Shown: in pieces, positions 42,320 to 50,687 of the stretch
Numbering within the stretch: the stretch's first letter is position 1
How the letters are laid out: every line of letters begins with the position of its first letter
Source of the DNA: an uncultured Solibacteraceae bacterium
GTDB taxonomy: Bacteria; Acidobacteriota; Vicinamibacteria; Vicinamibacterales; SCN-69-37
Assembly: GCA_964355365.1 (NCBI GenBank)
Contig: CAYHEX010000001.1
Coordinates: 1-51,681, forward strand
Length of the DNA stretch: 51,681 bases
Direction of reading: 5' to 3'
Notes under the pieces: generated by a model
Database searches by the model: none
Told to the model about the DNA's origin: nothing
What the model saw: only the letters and a program-made list of their open reading frames with translations
Position numbers and translations under genes: made by a program

Positions 42320-43504
42320 TTAGCTGGAAGCGCCGGCAGACTTCGACGGGGCCGACGATCCCGGGCCCACGAGCGTTGCGAGTTGGGCGGCGATCATCCG
42401 CGCGACGGCAAAGCGGGTATCACCCGGTTTGGCGCCCTGGACTTCAGCGGCGAGAACGCCCACGCAGCCGCTGGCGGTGAGGAGTGGCACGGCGATGGCG
42501 CCGTGGCCGTCGAACGTGCTGCGGAGCACCTGAGGCTGTCTTGAGCGGAATGCGAGTGACGTCACATTGTCGCCGTCAGCCGGCAGCGTGCCCATACGTT
42601 GCAGCACCCGGTCCGAGTAACCGTGGGCCACAGATGGTCGCAGCACGGTGCCGTTACCTTCGCTGACCCACAGGACTAACCCCTTCGCTTCAAGGACATC
42701 TGCCGCGCGTCCCATCAATGCCGGCAGGTCTCGGCCGTCAAGGACGCGGCCCAGGTCCACGCAGAGTTCGGCCGCGCCGGACAAATCAACGGTTGGCGCC
42801 ACGAACGGATCCACGAACGGCTCTGGGGCCTCAACGGCCTTGGGTTCCGGTGCGCTCGCTTCGGTGTGGAGACTCAGTCCTTCAGTAGACGGTTCAGCCG
42901 ATGTTGATCGTGGTGTCCGCGCACCGAATGCGATCAGCACCAGGCCGATCGCCAGTGCCGCGCCATTCGCGCTCAGGCCGATCAGACCAAGTCTTGCCGC
43001 GGATTTCTCAAACACAGCCATCTCGCTGTCGCGAGCTGCGGCCAATTCGACCGCCATCTTTCTTGCCGGTTCGACACCCTCCTGAAAGAGGATGTCCGCC
43101 GCCACGAGCTGTTGACCTGAGACTACGAACTCCCGGCCGCGCTTGTCATTCGCGGTCAACTCAGCCACCAGCGTGGCGGCCAGCGCATAGTGCGGCTGCG
43201 CGTCGGGCGCGGTGGTGGTGAGACCGCCAAGCACGTTGACGGCGCTTTCGAGTTGCACGGCGGAGGCAGTGGCCCGATTCATCCACTCATCGGTTTTGAG
43301 TCCGGCCGCCAGGTACCCGGCCTGCGCGCCCCGGAGTTCCGACAGGCCCTGCTCGGCCAGGCGCAGGTGATCATTGATTGACGCGGCCATCTGTCGCCCA
43401 TCGCGTCGCGCGATGTCGAGCCGCCAATTGCCGCCAAGGGTGATGAGGGCAAGCGTGAGGAAGCCGAGGACAAACGGCGTCGATGATCCAGCCTGTCGCG
43501 ACAT
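42320..43504 (-). CDS. Membrane sensor-like protein: TM, periplasmic helical (CHASE3/4HB-like) region, TM, C-terminal GAF domain; no output domain
   Basis: 394 aa. TMs FVLGFLTLALITLGG and GAALAIGLVLIAFGA. C-terminal GAF-like LVLWVSEGNGTVLRPSVAHGYSDRVL...GAIAVPLLTASGCVGVLAAEV. Confidence 0.62.
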   Translation of the reverse strand: MSRQAGSSTPFVLGFLTLALITLGGNWRLDIARRDGRQMAASINDHLRLAEQGLSELRGAQAGYLAAGLKTDEWMNRATASAVQLESAVNVLGGLTTTAPDAQPHYALAATLVAELTANDKRGREFVVSGQQLVAADILFQEGVEPARKMAVELAAARDSEMAVFEKSAARLGLIGLSANGAALAIGLVLIAFGARTPRSTSAEPSTEGLSLHTEASAPEPKAVEAPEPFVDPFVAPTVDLSGAAELCVDLGRVLDGRDLPALMGRAADVLEAKGLVLWVSEGNGTVLRPSVAHGYSDRVLQRMGTLPADGDNVTSLAFRSRQPQVLRSTFDGHGAIAVPLLTASGCVGVLAAEVQGAKPGDTRFAVARMIAAQLATLVGPGSSAPSKSAGASS

Positions 43505-43529
43505 TCGACGCTAACTATAACATCGGCCC

Positions 43530-45263
43530 TCAGCGCGGCTTGACGATCCCGTAGGCCGGCAAACCCACGGCATTAAGGCGCTGCATGACGGCCTTTGTGG
43601 CCGGCGCGTCGGGGTCTTCGGCCTGGAGTTTGATCTTCACATAGCCGGCGAGCGCCGCTTTCACCCGCGGATCGGCCAGCGTCGTCTTGTCCATCGTGAG
43701 GCAGTTCTTGCACCAGGTGGCCCACATATCGACCAGCACAGGCTGGCCAGCGGCCTGCGCAACACGCAGGCCGTCGTCGAGCGACGAGTACCAGCCTTCA
43801 CTGAGTTTCTCCGCTGTGCTGGCCTGGACGTCCGCCTGATTCACCCAGCGGCTCGATACGATCTCATACGCCAGGTATCCGTAGTACGCGGCCATCGCCA
43901 GAATGAACACGCCGAAGGCGTACTTCACTCGGTTCATCCAGGCGCCGGGCTTCGGCAGTTTCGACAACCCCGCGCCGGCAATCGGCCATGGCAGCGCCAT
44001 GCCCAGGCCCAACACAAGCGGCAGGGCGAGCGCGATCGACGAGCCCTTGGCGTATAGATCGCTGGCGAACACGATCACCTGGATGACCACTGGAGCCACG
44101 CACGCGCCGGCCAGCAGCGCCGCCACCGCGCCCATACCGAACGCCACGGCAAACGTGCCGCGGCCACCGTCGCTAAATCGGATCTTGCTGGAGAAGCGTG
44201 AGAAGTCGATCGCGCCGATGTCGAACATCGCGAGGCCCAGCACGACGAAGAGCAGCGCGATGCCGGCGTTGAACCAGGGCGATGCGTTGATTGTGCCGAA
44301 TGTGCCGGCCGTCAGGATCACGATCAGCCCGAGTACGCCGTACACGAGCGCCATCGCGGCGCCGTACGCCGAACCGAGCAGGAAGCCGCGGCCTTTGCCA
44401 GCCGAACCGGCGTTCGGCCCAACGTTTCCTCGTGCCCCGGCTCCAATGATCGCGAGGTTGATCGGGATCATCGGCAGCACGCACGGCGTGAGGTTCAGCG
44501 CGAGGCCCCCGAGAAACACGAGCAGCAGAATGGCGATCGGGCCCTGATCCGCGAACATGCCCTTCGCCGTGACGCCGGCCTCCGCGTCACGAATGAAGGC
44601 CAGGAACGTATCCGCGTTCATGTAGCCGCCGGCGGTACCGGTGACGGCAAACGCATCAAGCGAGACGTTCGCGGGCGCAACGATGGGCGCGGGCGCTGCC
44701 GGTGCCGTATCGTGAGCCACAACAGCCGGCTCGCCTGTACCGAACGCGAGCGCGGCGAACACCGCGGTCTCAGCTGGCACGGGCGTCGTGTCGGGCATCG
44801 CGACCGCGACGATCCACTGCACCGGCACGGTCACCGGGCGAAAACACATCGTGTTGTTGCAGGGCTGATATCGCAGTCGGGCGTTGATGGTGATCGATGA
44901 GCCCGGTGCGGCCGACGATGCGATCGCCACACGAGCGCCGATGATGAACTCCCGCTCGAACACCAGAAGGATGTCCCCTGTTTCCAGTGTGAACTCGCGC
45001 GCCGGGGGGAACACCACTTCTTTCGGCGTCACGTTCGCCGACGGCTCGAACGTCAGGGTGGTTGGAACCAGCCCCTCGTCTTTCGGTTTGTTCGATTGCG
45101 AGTGCAGATCGTCCGGCAACGTGACGCGCACTGCGAGGTCGATCGTCGCGCCGGCGCGTGCGGCCGACGCCGACACGAGCGGTGAGACGGAGGCAACGGT
45201 CTGCGCGACCGCGAGCGCTGGCGCGGCCAGAAGCGCGATGAGGAGTAAGAAGACTCGCTTCAT
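43530..45263 (-). CDS. dsbD: Thiol:disulfide interchange protein DsbD (alpha, TM beta, and thioredoxin gamma domains)
   Basis: 577 aa. Signal peptide. N-domain CNNTMC. TM core LTPCVLPMIP and AGACVAPVV. C-terminal WATWCKNC. Confidence 0.9.
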   Translation of the reverse strand: MKRVFLLLIALLAAPALAVAQTVASVSPLVSASAARAGATIDLAVRVTLPDDLHSQSNKPKDEGLVPTTLTFEPSANVTPKEVVFPPAREFTLETGDILLVFEREFIIGARVAIASSAAPGSSITINARLRYQPCNNTMCFRPVTVPVQWIVAVAMPDTTPVPAETAVFAALAFGTGEPAVVAHDTAPAAPAPIVAPANVSLDAFAVTGTAGGYMNADTFLAFIRDAEAGVTAKGMFADQGPIAILLLVFLGGLALNLTPCVLPMIPINLAIIGAGARGNVGPNAGSAGKGRGFLLGSAYGAAMALVYGVLGLIVILTAGTFGTINASPWFNAGIALLFVVLGLAMFDIGAIDFSRFSSKIRFSDGGRGTFAVAFGMGAVAALLAGACVAPVVIQVIVFASDLYAKGSSIALALPLVLGLGMALPWPIAGAGLSKLPKPGAWMNRVKYAFGVFILAMAAYYGYLAYEIVSSRWVNQADVQASTAEKLSEGWYSSLDDGLRVAQAAGQPVLVDMWATWCKNCLTMDKTTLADPRVKAALAGYVKIKLQAEDPDAPATKAVMQRLNAVGLPAYGIVKPR

Positions 45264-45287
45264 ATTCGCGGACCTGAAGGTCCGCGA

Positions 45288-47081
45288 CTACTTCACTTCT
45301 TTGAGCGGAATCACATCAGCGCGCGGCGACGGACCGAAGTCGTCACCGAACTTGATGGGCGGCAGGTCCTGATACATGAAGTCCCACTTCCAGCGTTCCG
45401 ATGGGTTGGACGCCTCGAGCCAGCTCTTCGCCGACAGCGGTCGCGAGAACGTCATCGTCGCCAACGCGGCATAGGCGGGGTTCGTGCCCAGGGCCTGCGC
45501 GATCGCCGCGCGCACTGCGCCGGACGACGTGTAGGAAACCGGCACGCCGAACACGACGGCGAGCTTCGCCAGAATCTGCCAGTCTTCGACGGCTTCTCCC
45601 GGCGGGTTGATCACCCGTGCGGCGCCCTGCACGTGACCGGTCATGTTTGTATAGGTGGCGTCCTTCTCAACGAAGGCGCATCCGGGCATCAGAATGTCGG
45701 CGGCGGCCGTCAGCGACGAATGCAGCACGGCTTGCACCACCAGCGACTTGATCTTGCCGGCCTTGCGCGCGGCGATGACCCACTCGACATCGCCCAACGT
45801 GCCGTCGGGTCCCGGATCAATGACATACAGCAGCTTCACGAGGCCCGCGTCAACCGCCGACTTCAGCGCGGAGATGTTCGCTTCGCCGGTCGTCGCCGTG
45901 TTGAAGCCGAGGTCCTTCGCGCCATGCAGGTTCGGCGCGTCGACCGCCGGAATCACGAACTTGGTTGCGGCCGGCTGCGGCTTCAGGCGATGCCGCCAAT
46001 TGAACGTGACGCCGCCGGTATTACCGGCGAACTGTTTCAGGATGAAGAGTTCCTCGAGCGACGCGTGGCCCGACACGAGGAACTGCGCGTGCGTGGGTCC
46101 GCCGACCGCGTCGACCGCATCTTTCACGGCCACCAGTGCCACATCCCAAGGCGCGACTGACGCCGCGCCTTCATGTCCCTCTGCAGGTTTCACGTGCGCC
46201 TGATTGATGCGGCGGTCGCTTTCGATCCAGTGGTAGTCGAAGCGGCCGATGTCGCACATCCAGTAGCTGTTGATGGCTTCGTTCAGCCGCGGCGTGGTGC
46301 GGATGAGTTGTGTGCCTTTCGCCCACTCCGGCTTGGCTTTGATCCACGCCGTGGTGTTACAGCCCTTCTCGCACAGGGTGCAGATCGTATCGACGGCGTT
46401 CGGGTTGTCCCACGGACGCGACTTGAAGCGATAGTCGCGCGTGGTGAGCGCGCCGACCGGGCACACATCCATCAAGTTGCCCGAGAGCAGCGACACGACG
46501 CCCTTCTCTTCGAACGTGGAGATTTCGCTGTGGACGCCGCGGTGGGTGATGCCAATCTGCGCGTCGCCGTCCACTTCCTTCATGAACCGCACGCAACGGG
46601 TGCACAGAATGCAGCGGTTGCGGTTGAGCATCAGCGTGGGGCCGAAGTCGATGTCGGCTTTCACGCCCTCGCCGTCGAACGTGCGTCGCTCGAACGACAT
46701 GCGGCTGCGTTCCGGACCATAACTGTAGGAAAAATCCTGCAGCGGACATTCGCCGCCCTTGTCGCACACCGGGCAATCGAGCGGATGATTGATGAGCAGG
46801 AACTCGAACACGCTGGCGCGCGCGGCTTCCACATCCGGTGTGTTGGTCGACACCACCATGCCCTCGCCCGCGGGCGTCGAGCACGACGTCTGCAGCTTCG
46901 CCATCTTCTCGATTTTGACGATGCACACGCGGCAGGAGCCGTCGACGCCAATACCGGGGTGGTAGCAGTAGTAGGGGATGTGGCCGCCGGACTGAAGAAC
47001 TGCCTCGAGAACTGTCTTGCCCTTCTCGACTGTAACCGGCTTGCCGTCGATGGTCAGCGTAACCGTTTCCATAAGTAACAA
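45288..47081 (-). CDS. nuoG: NADH-quinone oxidoreductase subunit G-like Fe-S protein (NuoG/75-kDa family)
   Basis: 597 aa. 2Fe-2S CYHPGIGVDGSCRVC...TSC. HPLDCPVCDKGGECPLQD. CILCTRCVRF...CPVGAL. CTLCEKGC plus a molybdopterin-oxidoreductase-like C-terminal half. No other nuo genes are adjacent. Confidence 0.82.
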   Translation of the reverse strand: MLLMETVTLTIDGKPVTVEKGKTVLEAVLQSGGHIPYYCYHPGIGVDGSCRVCIVKIEKMAKLQTSCSTPAGEGMVVSTNTPDVEAARASVFEFLLINHPLDCPVCDKGGECPLQDFSYSYGPERSRMSFERRTFDGEGVKADIDFGPTLMLNRNRCILCTRCVRFMKEVDGDAQIGITHRGVHSEISTFEEKGVVSLLSGNLMDVCPVGALTTRDYRFKSRPWDNPNAVDTICTLCEKGCNTTAWIKAKPEWAKGTQLIRTTPRLNEAINSYWMCDIGRFDYHWIESDRRINQAHVKPAEGHEGAASVAPWDVALVAVKDAVDAVGGPTHAQFLVSGHASLEELFILKQFAGNTGGVTFNWRHRLKPQPAATKFVIPAVDAPNLHGAKDLGFNTATTGEANISALKSAVDAGLVKLLYVIDPGPDGTLGDVEWVIAARKAGKIKSLVVQAVLHSSLTAAADILMPGCAFVEKDATYTNMTGHVQGAARVINPPGEAVEDWQILAKLAVVFGVPVSYTSSGAVRAAIAQALGTNPAYAALATMTFSRPLSAKSWLEASNPSERWKWDFMYQDLPPIKFGDDFGPSPRADVIPLKEVK

Positions 47082-47089
47082 ATGATATC

Positions 47090-49474
47090 TCAGAGCCCCC
47101 GCGCGGGTTTTGGTGCCGGCAATTCGGCCATCCCCAGGACCCAGTCGTCAAAGAACCGTCCGAGGGGCTGTTTGGCCTCGATCTCGAACGCTCGTCGCAG
47201 GTCGTCCGTCCCGGCCTTCTGGAATTTCCGCTCCTGATAGAACCGCCGAAGGCCGGCCGTGAACGCCTCGTCTCCGATCAATTCCCGCAGCATATCGAGC
47301 ACGATGACCGACTTGTTGTAGACAATGGCGCGGACATTGGCGCCGTTGCCGACCGCATGGCCGAGGCGATACCCGAGCGAGATGGGGCCGCTGTTGCCGT
47401 AGCGCTGCACTGACCGGCGCATGCGCTCGAAGAGGCTGCTCTGGACCGCGGGTCCGCGATCCGCTCCCGCGTAGAGATAGGCGAAGTACTGTGCGAGCCC
47501 CTCGCTGATCCACTGCTCGTGGTAGTTCTTCACGCCCACCGCCTGGCCCCACCACTGGTGCGCGACCTCATGCGCGAGATAGAAATTCGGAAAGGTGTCG
47601 TCGAAGGCGATCGGGTCGTTCCGCCACGACAGCGTTGTTGATGGCATCGGTTCGTCGACCACGGCCAGATACGCCGGGCTGTGGCCACCGGGCACGTCGG
47701 CTTCGAGCGAAAGCAGCGTGAAGCTCGGGTAGGGCGCCTCACCCATGATCGACACGTAGAACTTCATGATCTCCGCTGCGCGAGACGACAACGTCTTCGT
47801 GCCGCCCAGTTTCCGGGGATTGGACCGTGCGTCGATCAACATCGTCTGTCCCGACGGCAACGTGATGCGGCTCTGGGGCAACGGCACGAGTCGCGAAATG
47901 ATCGTGGACAAGTACCGCGCGGGCGTATCGGCGGTAAACGCGGCGACGCGGTCTGCGCCCGTGACGGTATCTTCGAGCAACCGTCCGGAGCTGACGGCCT
48001 GGAATTCTGCGGGGACGACCACGCGCATGCGCGCCGTCGCATAGTCGGTGACGGTCGACTGGGGATACCAGAACGAGTTGTTGCTGTACGCGTAATTCGG
48101 CTCCGGCGCCATCGGGTCGTCGGATGATGGCTGGCCGACCTCCACGGCATCTGGCCCCTCGCGCGACAGCGACTGCGGCGGCAGGCGTCCGGCGTAGGTC
48201 AGACTGAGCGTGAGTGTCTTGCCCACCGGTTGCGGTTCCGGGAAGCTGATGATCAGGCTGTCTTGGCCGACGATTCTCAAGTGCAGGAGCCGTCCGTATG
48301 CCGGGCTCGTCAATGACGTGACGTCGAGCGGTTCCGCCAGCTTGAGCGTGATGGTGTCAGTGTCGTGATGCAGCAAGCGGATGCGCATCGTGGCCGTGCC
48401 GTTGATGAGGTTCCGCTCCGGGTTGAACCGCACGTTCAGTTCGTAGTGCTCCACGTCAAACACGCGGTCGTCGTCTTCGCTATAGAACCGCCCACGGGTC
48501 GCGATCTTCGACGGCGACGCGTAGAGGGAGATGTTCTTGTGGTTGTCGCGATCGAACAGCATCACGTCTTCCTGCTGACTCATGGCGCGCGAGTACGTCA
48601 GCCACTTGAATCGCCGCGTCAACATGTCGGCCAGTGCGTCACCGGGTGCCGGCAGCAACGTCCAACGCTCGCTGCTGAGGTCGCCGAGCGCGATGTTGTA
48701 CGACCGGCCCGCCCATTGGTTGAAGATCGCGGTTGCGCGCTTCACTTCGGCGTTCATGGCGACGATCGGCGTCAGGCTGCCTTCGGCGATGCGCGCCTCG
48801 TACTCCCACGGGCTGATTCGCACGAACGCTGCCTCAACCGGTTCTTTCATGGCGTCCGCGCGCGCGAATCGGACCAACTGATGTCGTTCAATGGCGTCTG
48901 CCGGCTCGAATCGCATCTCGCCGCGTCCGCGCAGCACGATGCCGGTGATGCCCTCGGAGGTTTTCGCCAGGAAGGCCGTGCCGGACGCCATCGTCAAACG
49001 GAAATCCGTGGCGGTGAACAGGAAGTTGTGCACCGCAAAGGCGGCGGACGTATCGAGCTCGAGCCGGTGCAGTCCGCTGATGGAGGACACCTGGCGAAGG
49101 CTCGCGATGCGCAATGATCCACCGATATTCTCGAGGCCGATCTGCCAGGTGGCGATCTGGCCCGCGCCGCCGCGATCGACCAGGAACTCGGCCAACAGGC
49201 GCATGCCGCCGGCGTGCACCTCACGGTCGCGCTCGCGGACGATGGCCGCGGTCGCGCCACCACTCAGCAGCGATCCCTGGAAGCCGAGGCTGTCGTCCTC
49301 GGTCAAGCGCGGTCCGGCCAGCGCGCGAAAGGCGCCGATGTTGTTCGCGGCGATGGCCGTTTGCAGCGACGCGAGCAGTGGTGCGACCGGATCTGGCGCG
49401 CCGGTGGCCTGCCGGGCAGGGGTGGTCGCTCCGGCCATGAGTGCCAGCAGCGTCACCGCGCAGAAGAGGCGCAT
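47090..49474 (-). CDS. Secreted M1-family zinc metallopeptidase (aminopeptidase N-like)
   Basis: 794 aa. Signal peptide MRLFCAVTLLALMAGATT. HEVAHQWWG...WISEGLAQY (HExxH-x18-E). Confidence 0.9.
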   Translation of the reverse strand: MRLFCAVTLLALMAGATTPARQATGAPDPVAPLLASLQTAIAANNIGAFRALAGPRLTEDDSLGFQGSLLSGGATAAIVRERDREVHAGGMRLLAEFLVDRGGAGQIATWQIGLENIGGSLRIASLRQVSSISGLHRLELDTSAAFAVHNFLFTATDFRLTMASGTAFLAKTSEGITGIVLRGRGEMRFEPADAIERHQLVRFARADAMKEPVEAAFVRISPWEYEARIAEGSLTPIVAMNAEVKRATAIFNQWAGRSYNIALGDLSSERWTLLPAPGDALADMLTRRFKWLTYSRAMSQQEDVMLFDRDNHKNISLYASPSKIATRGRFYSEDDDRVFDVEHYELNVRFNPERNLINGTATMRIRLLHHDTDTITLKLAEPLDVTSLTSPAYGRLLHLRIVGQDSLIISFPEPQPVGKTLTLSLTYAGRLPPQSLSREGPDAVEVGQPSSDDPMAPEPNYAYSNNSFWYPQSTVTDYATARMRVVVPAEFQAVSSGRLLEDTVTGADRVAAFTADTPARYLSTIISRLVPLPQSRITLPSGQTMLIDARSNPRKLGGTKTLSSRAAEIMKFYVSIMGEAPYPSFTLLSLEADVPGGHSPAYLAVVDEPMPSTTLSWRNDPIAFDDTFPNFYLAHEVAHQWWGQAVGVKNYHEQWISEGLAQYFAYLYAGADRGPAVQSSLFERMRRSVQRYGNSGPISLGYRLGHAVGNGANVRAIVYNKSVIVLDMLRELIGDEAFTAGLRRFYQERKFQKAGTDDLRRAFEIEAKQPLGRFFDDWVLGMAELPAPKPARGL

Positions 49475-49545
49475 GAATCATTAGACGCTGACGCGGCCCT
49501 AAATCGCCACGCCGCCGCCCCTGATTTTTGGTGATCCGACCCGAT

Positions 49546-50568
49546 TTACGTGCGACTCAGCACCAGGACGGTCAGGTCGTCGCCCAAACGCGCGTCGCCG
49601 GCGTGCTCGTCGACCGCGGCGAGGATGGCGCGGCCGAGTTGCTCGGGTTCGTGGGTGCCGGCGGCCGTGATGGTGGCGGTGAGGCCGGCCTCGTCGAACG
49701 CGGTCCCGCTCGTGTTCTCCGCTTCGGTGATGCCGTCGCTATAGAGGATGATGGCGTCGCCGGGCCGGAGTTCGGCGCGGTGCGATTCGTAGGTGGACCC
49801 CTCGAACATGCCGAGCGCGATGTTGCCGCTCGTCAGCGGCTCGAACGCGCCGTCCGCGCGATGGATGATCGGCGGCAGATGCCCGGCATTCACATATTCA
49901 AGCTGTCCCGTGCGCGGGTCGTAGAGCGCGTAGAACAGCGTGATGAAGCGCGAGCCCGGGCTGTGCCGCACGATCTGCACGTTGAGTCGCGCGAGCAACT
50001 TTGCCGACTCAAGGCCTTCATCGACCAGCGTGCGCATCATCGCAAGGAGCAGCGCCATCAGCAGCGCCGCGGGGCTGCCCTTACCGGCCACATCGCCGAC
50101 GGTCACGATCACGCGGCCATCGGGGAGCGGCAGGATGTCGTAGAAGTCGCCGCCGACCGTGTTGGCCGGACGGGTGAGCCCGCAGGCGGTCGCGCCGCCG
50201 AGGTCTGAGACGCCACGCGGCAGCATCGCCAACTGAATATCGCGCGCGATCTCGAGATCGCTCTTGAGCGACAGGCGGTCGGCGATTTCCATCAGCATGA
50301 GCAATTGCATGGCGATGAAGCCAAGGAACAGCTTCATCGTGCCGGGCGCCCACCGCGGCAGCGGCAGTGAGACGTCGAACGGGAAGAGCAGGACGCCGGT
50401 CTGATGCACGCCGCGGAACAACTCGAGCATGCCGACCAGTGTGAAGATCAGGGCGAACGCGTAGAGCGCGCGGCGCGCGGGCGACAACCGCATCGAGAAC
50501 CGCACGAAGAGCTCGCGCGTGTAGATCCACCAGCGCCGGTACCACGGCTCGCGGCGAATCTTCTCCAC
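49546..50568 (-). CDS. Membrane-anchored SpoIIE/PP2C-family phosphatase (true start probably further upstream, up to 50691)
   Basis: 340 aa from GTG 50568. TMs ALYAFALIFTLVGMLELF and LFLGFIAMQLLMLMEI. NTVGGDFYD and TVGDVAGKGSPAAL. An in-frame, coding-looking 41 codons upstream lack ATG/GTG/TTG (see findings). Confidence 0.85.
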   Translation of the reverse strand: MEKIRREPWYRRWWIYTRELFVRFSMRLSPARRALYAFALIFTLVGMLELFRGVHQTGVLLFPFDVSLPLPRWAPGTMKLFLGFIAMQLLMLMEIADRLSLKSDLEIARDIQLAMLPRGVSDLGGATACGLTRPANTVGGDFYDILPLPDGRVIVTVGDVAGKGSPAALLMALLLAMMRTLVDEGLESAKLLARLNVQIVRHSPGSRFITLFYALYDPRTGQLEYVNAGHLPPIIHRADGAFEPLTSGNIALGMFEGSTYESHRAELRPGDAIILYSDGITEAENTSGTAFDEAGLTATITAAGTHEPEQLGRAILAAVDEHAGDARLGDDLTVLVLSRT

Positions 50569-50687
50569 GTCGAGGCCGCGCGTGAAGAAGCGATAGGCCT
50601 CCGGCGTGTCACGCGTGAACAGGCGCTGGACGTCTTGCGACGTCAGTCCCTGCGTGTATTCATCGAAGAAGTGCCTCGTCCGCTTTT

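Noticed and set aside
42045-42480. ORFs 42076..42480 (+, 134 aa) and 42045..42302 (-, 85 aa) in the convergent spacer
   Set aside because: Their Arg/Ser/Cys-rich sequences are implausible. One overlaps the GAF sensor gene by 160 nt. Neither has an SD or motifs. The region is treated as non-coding.
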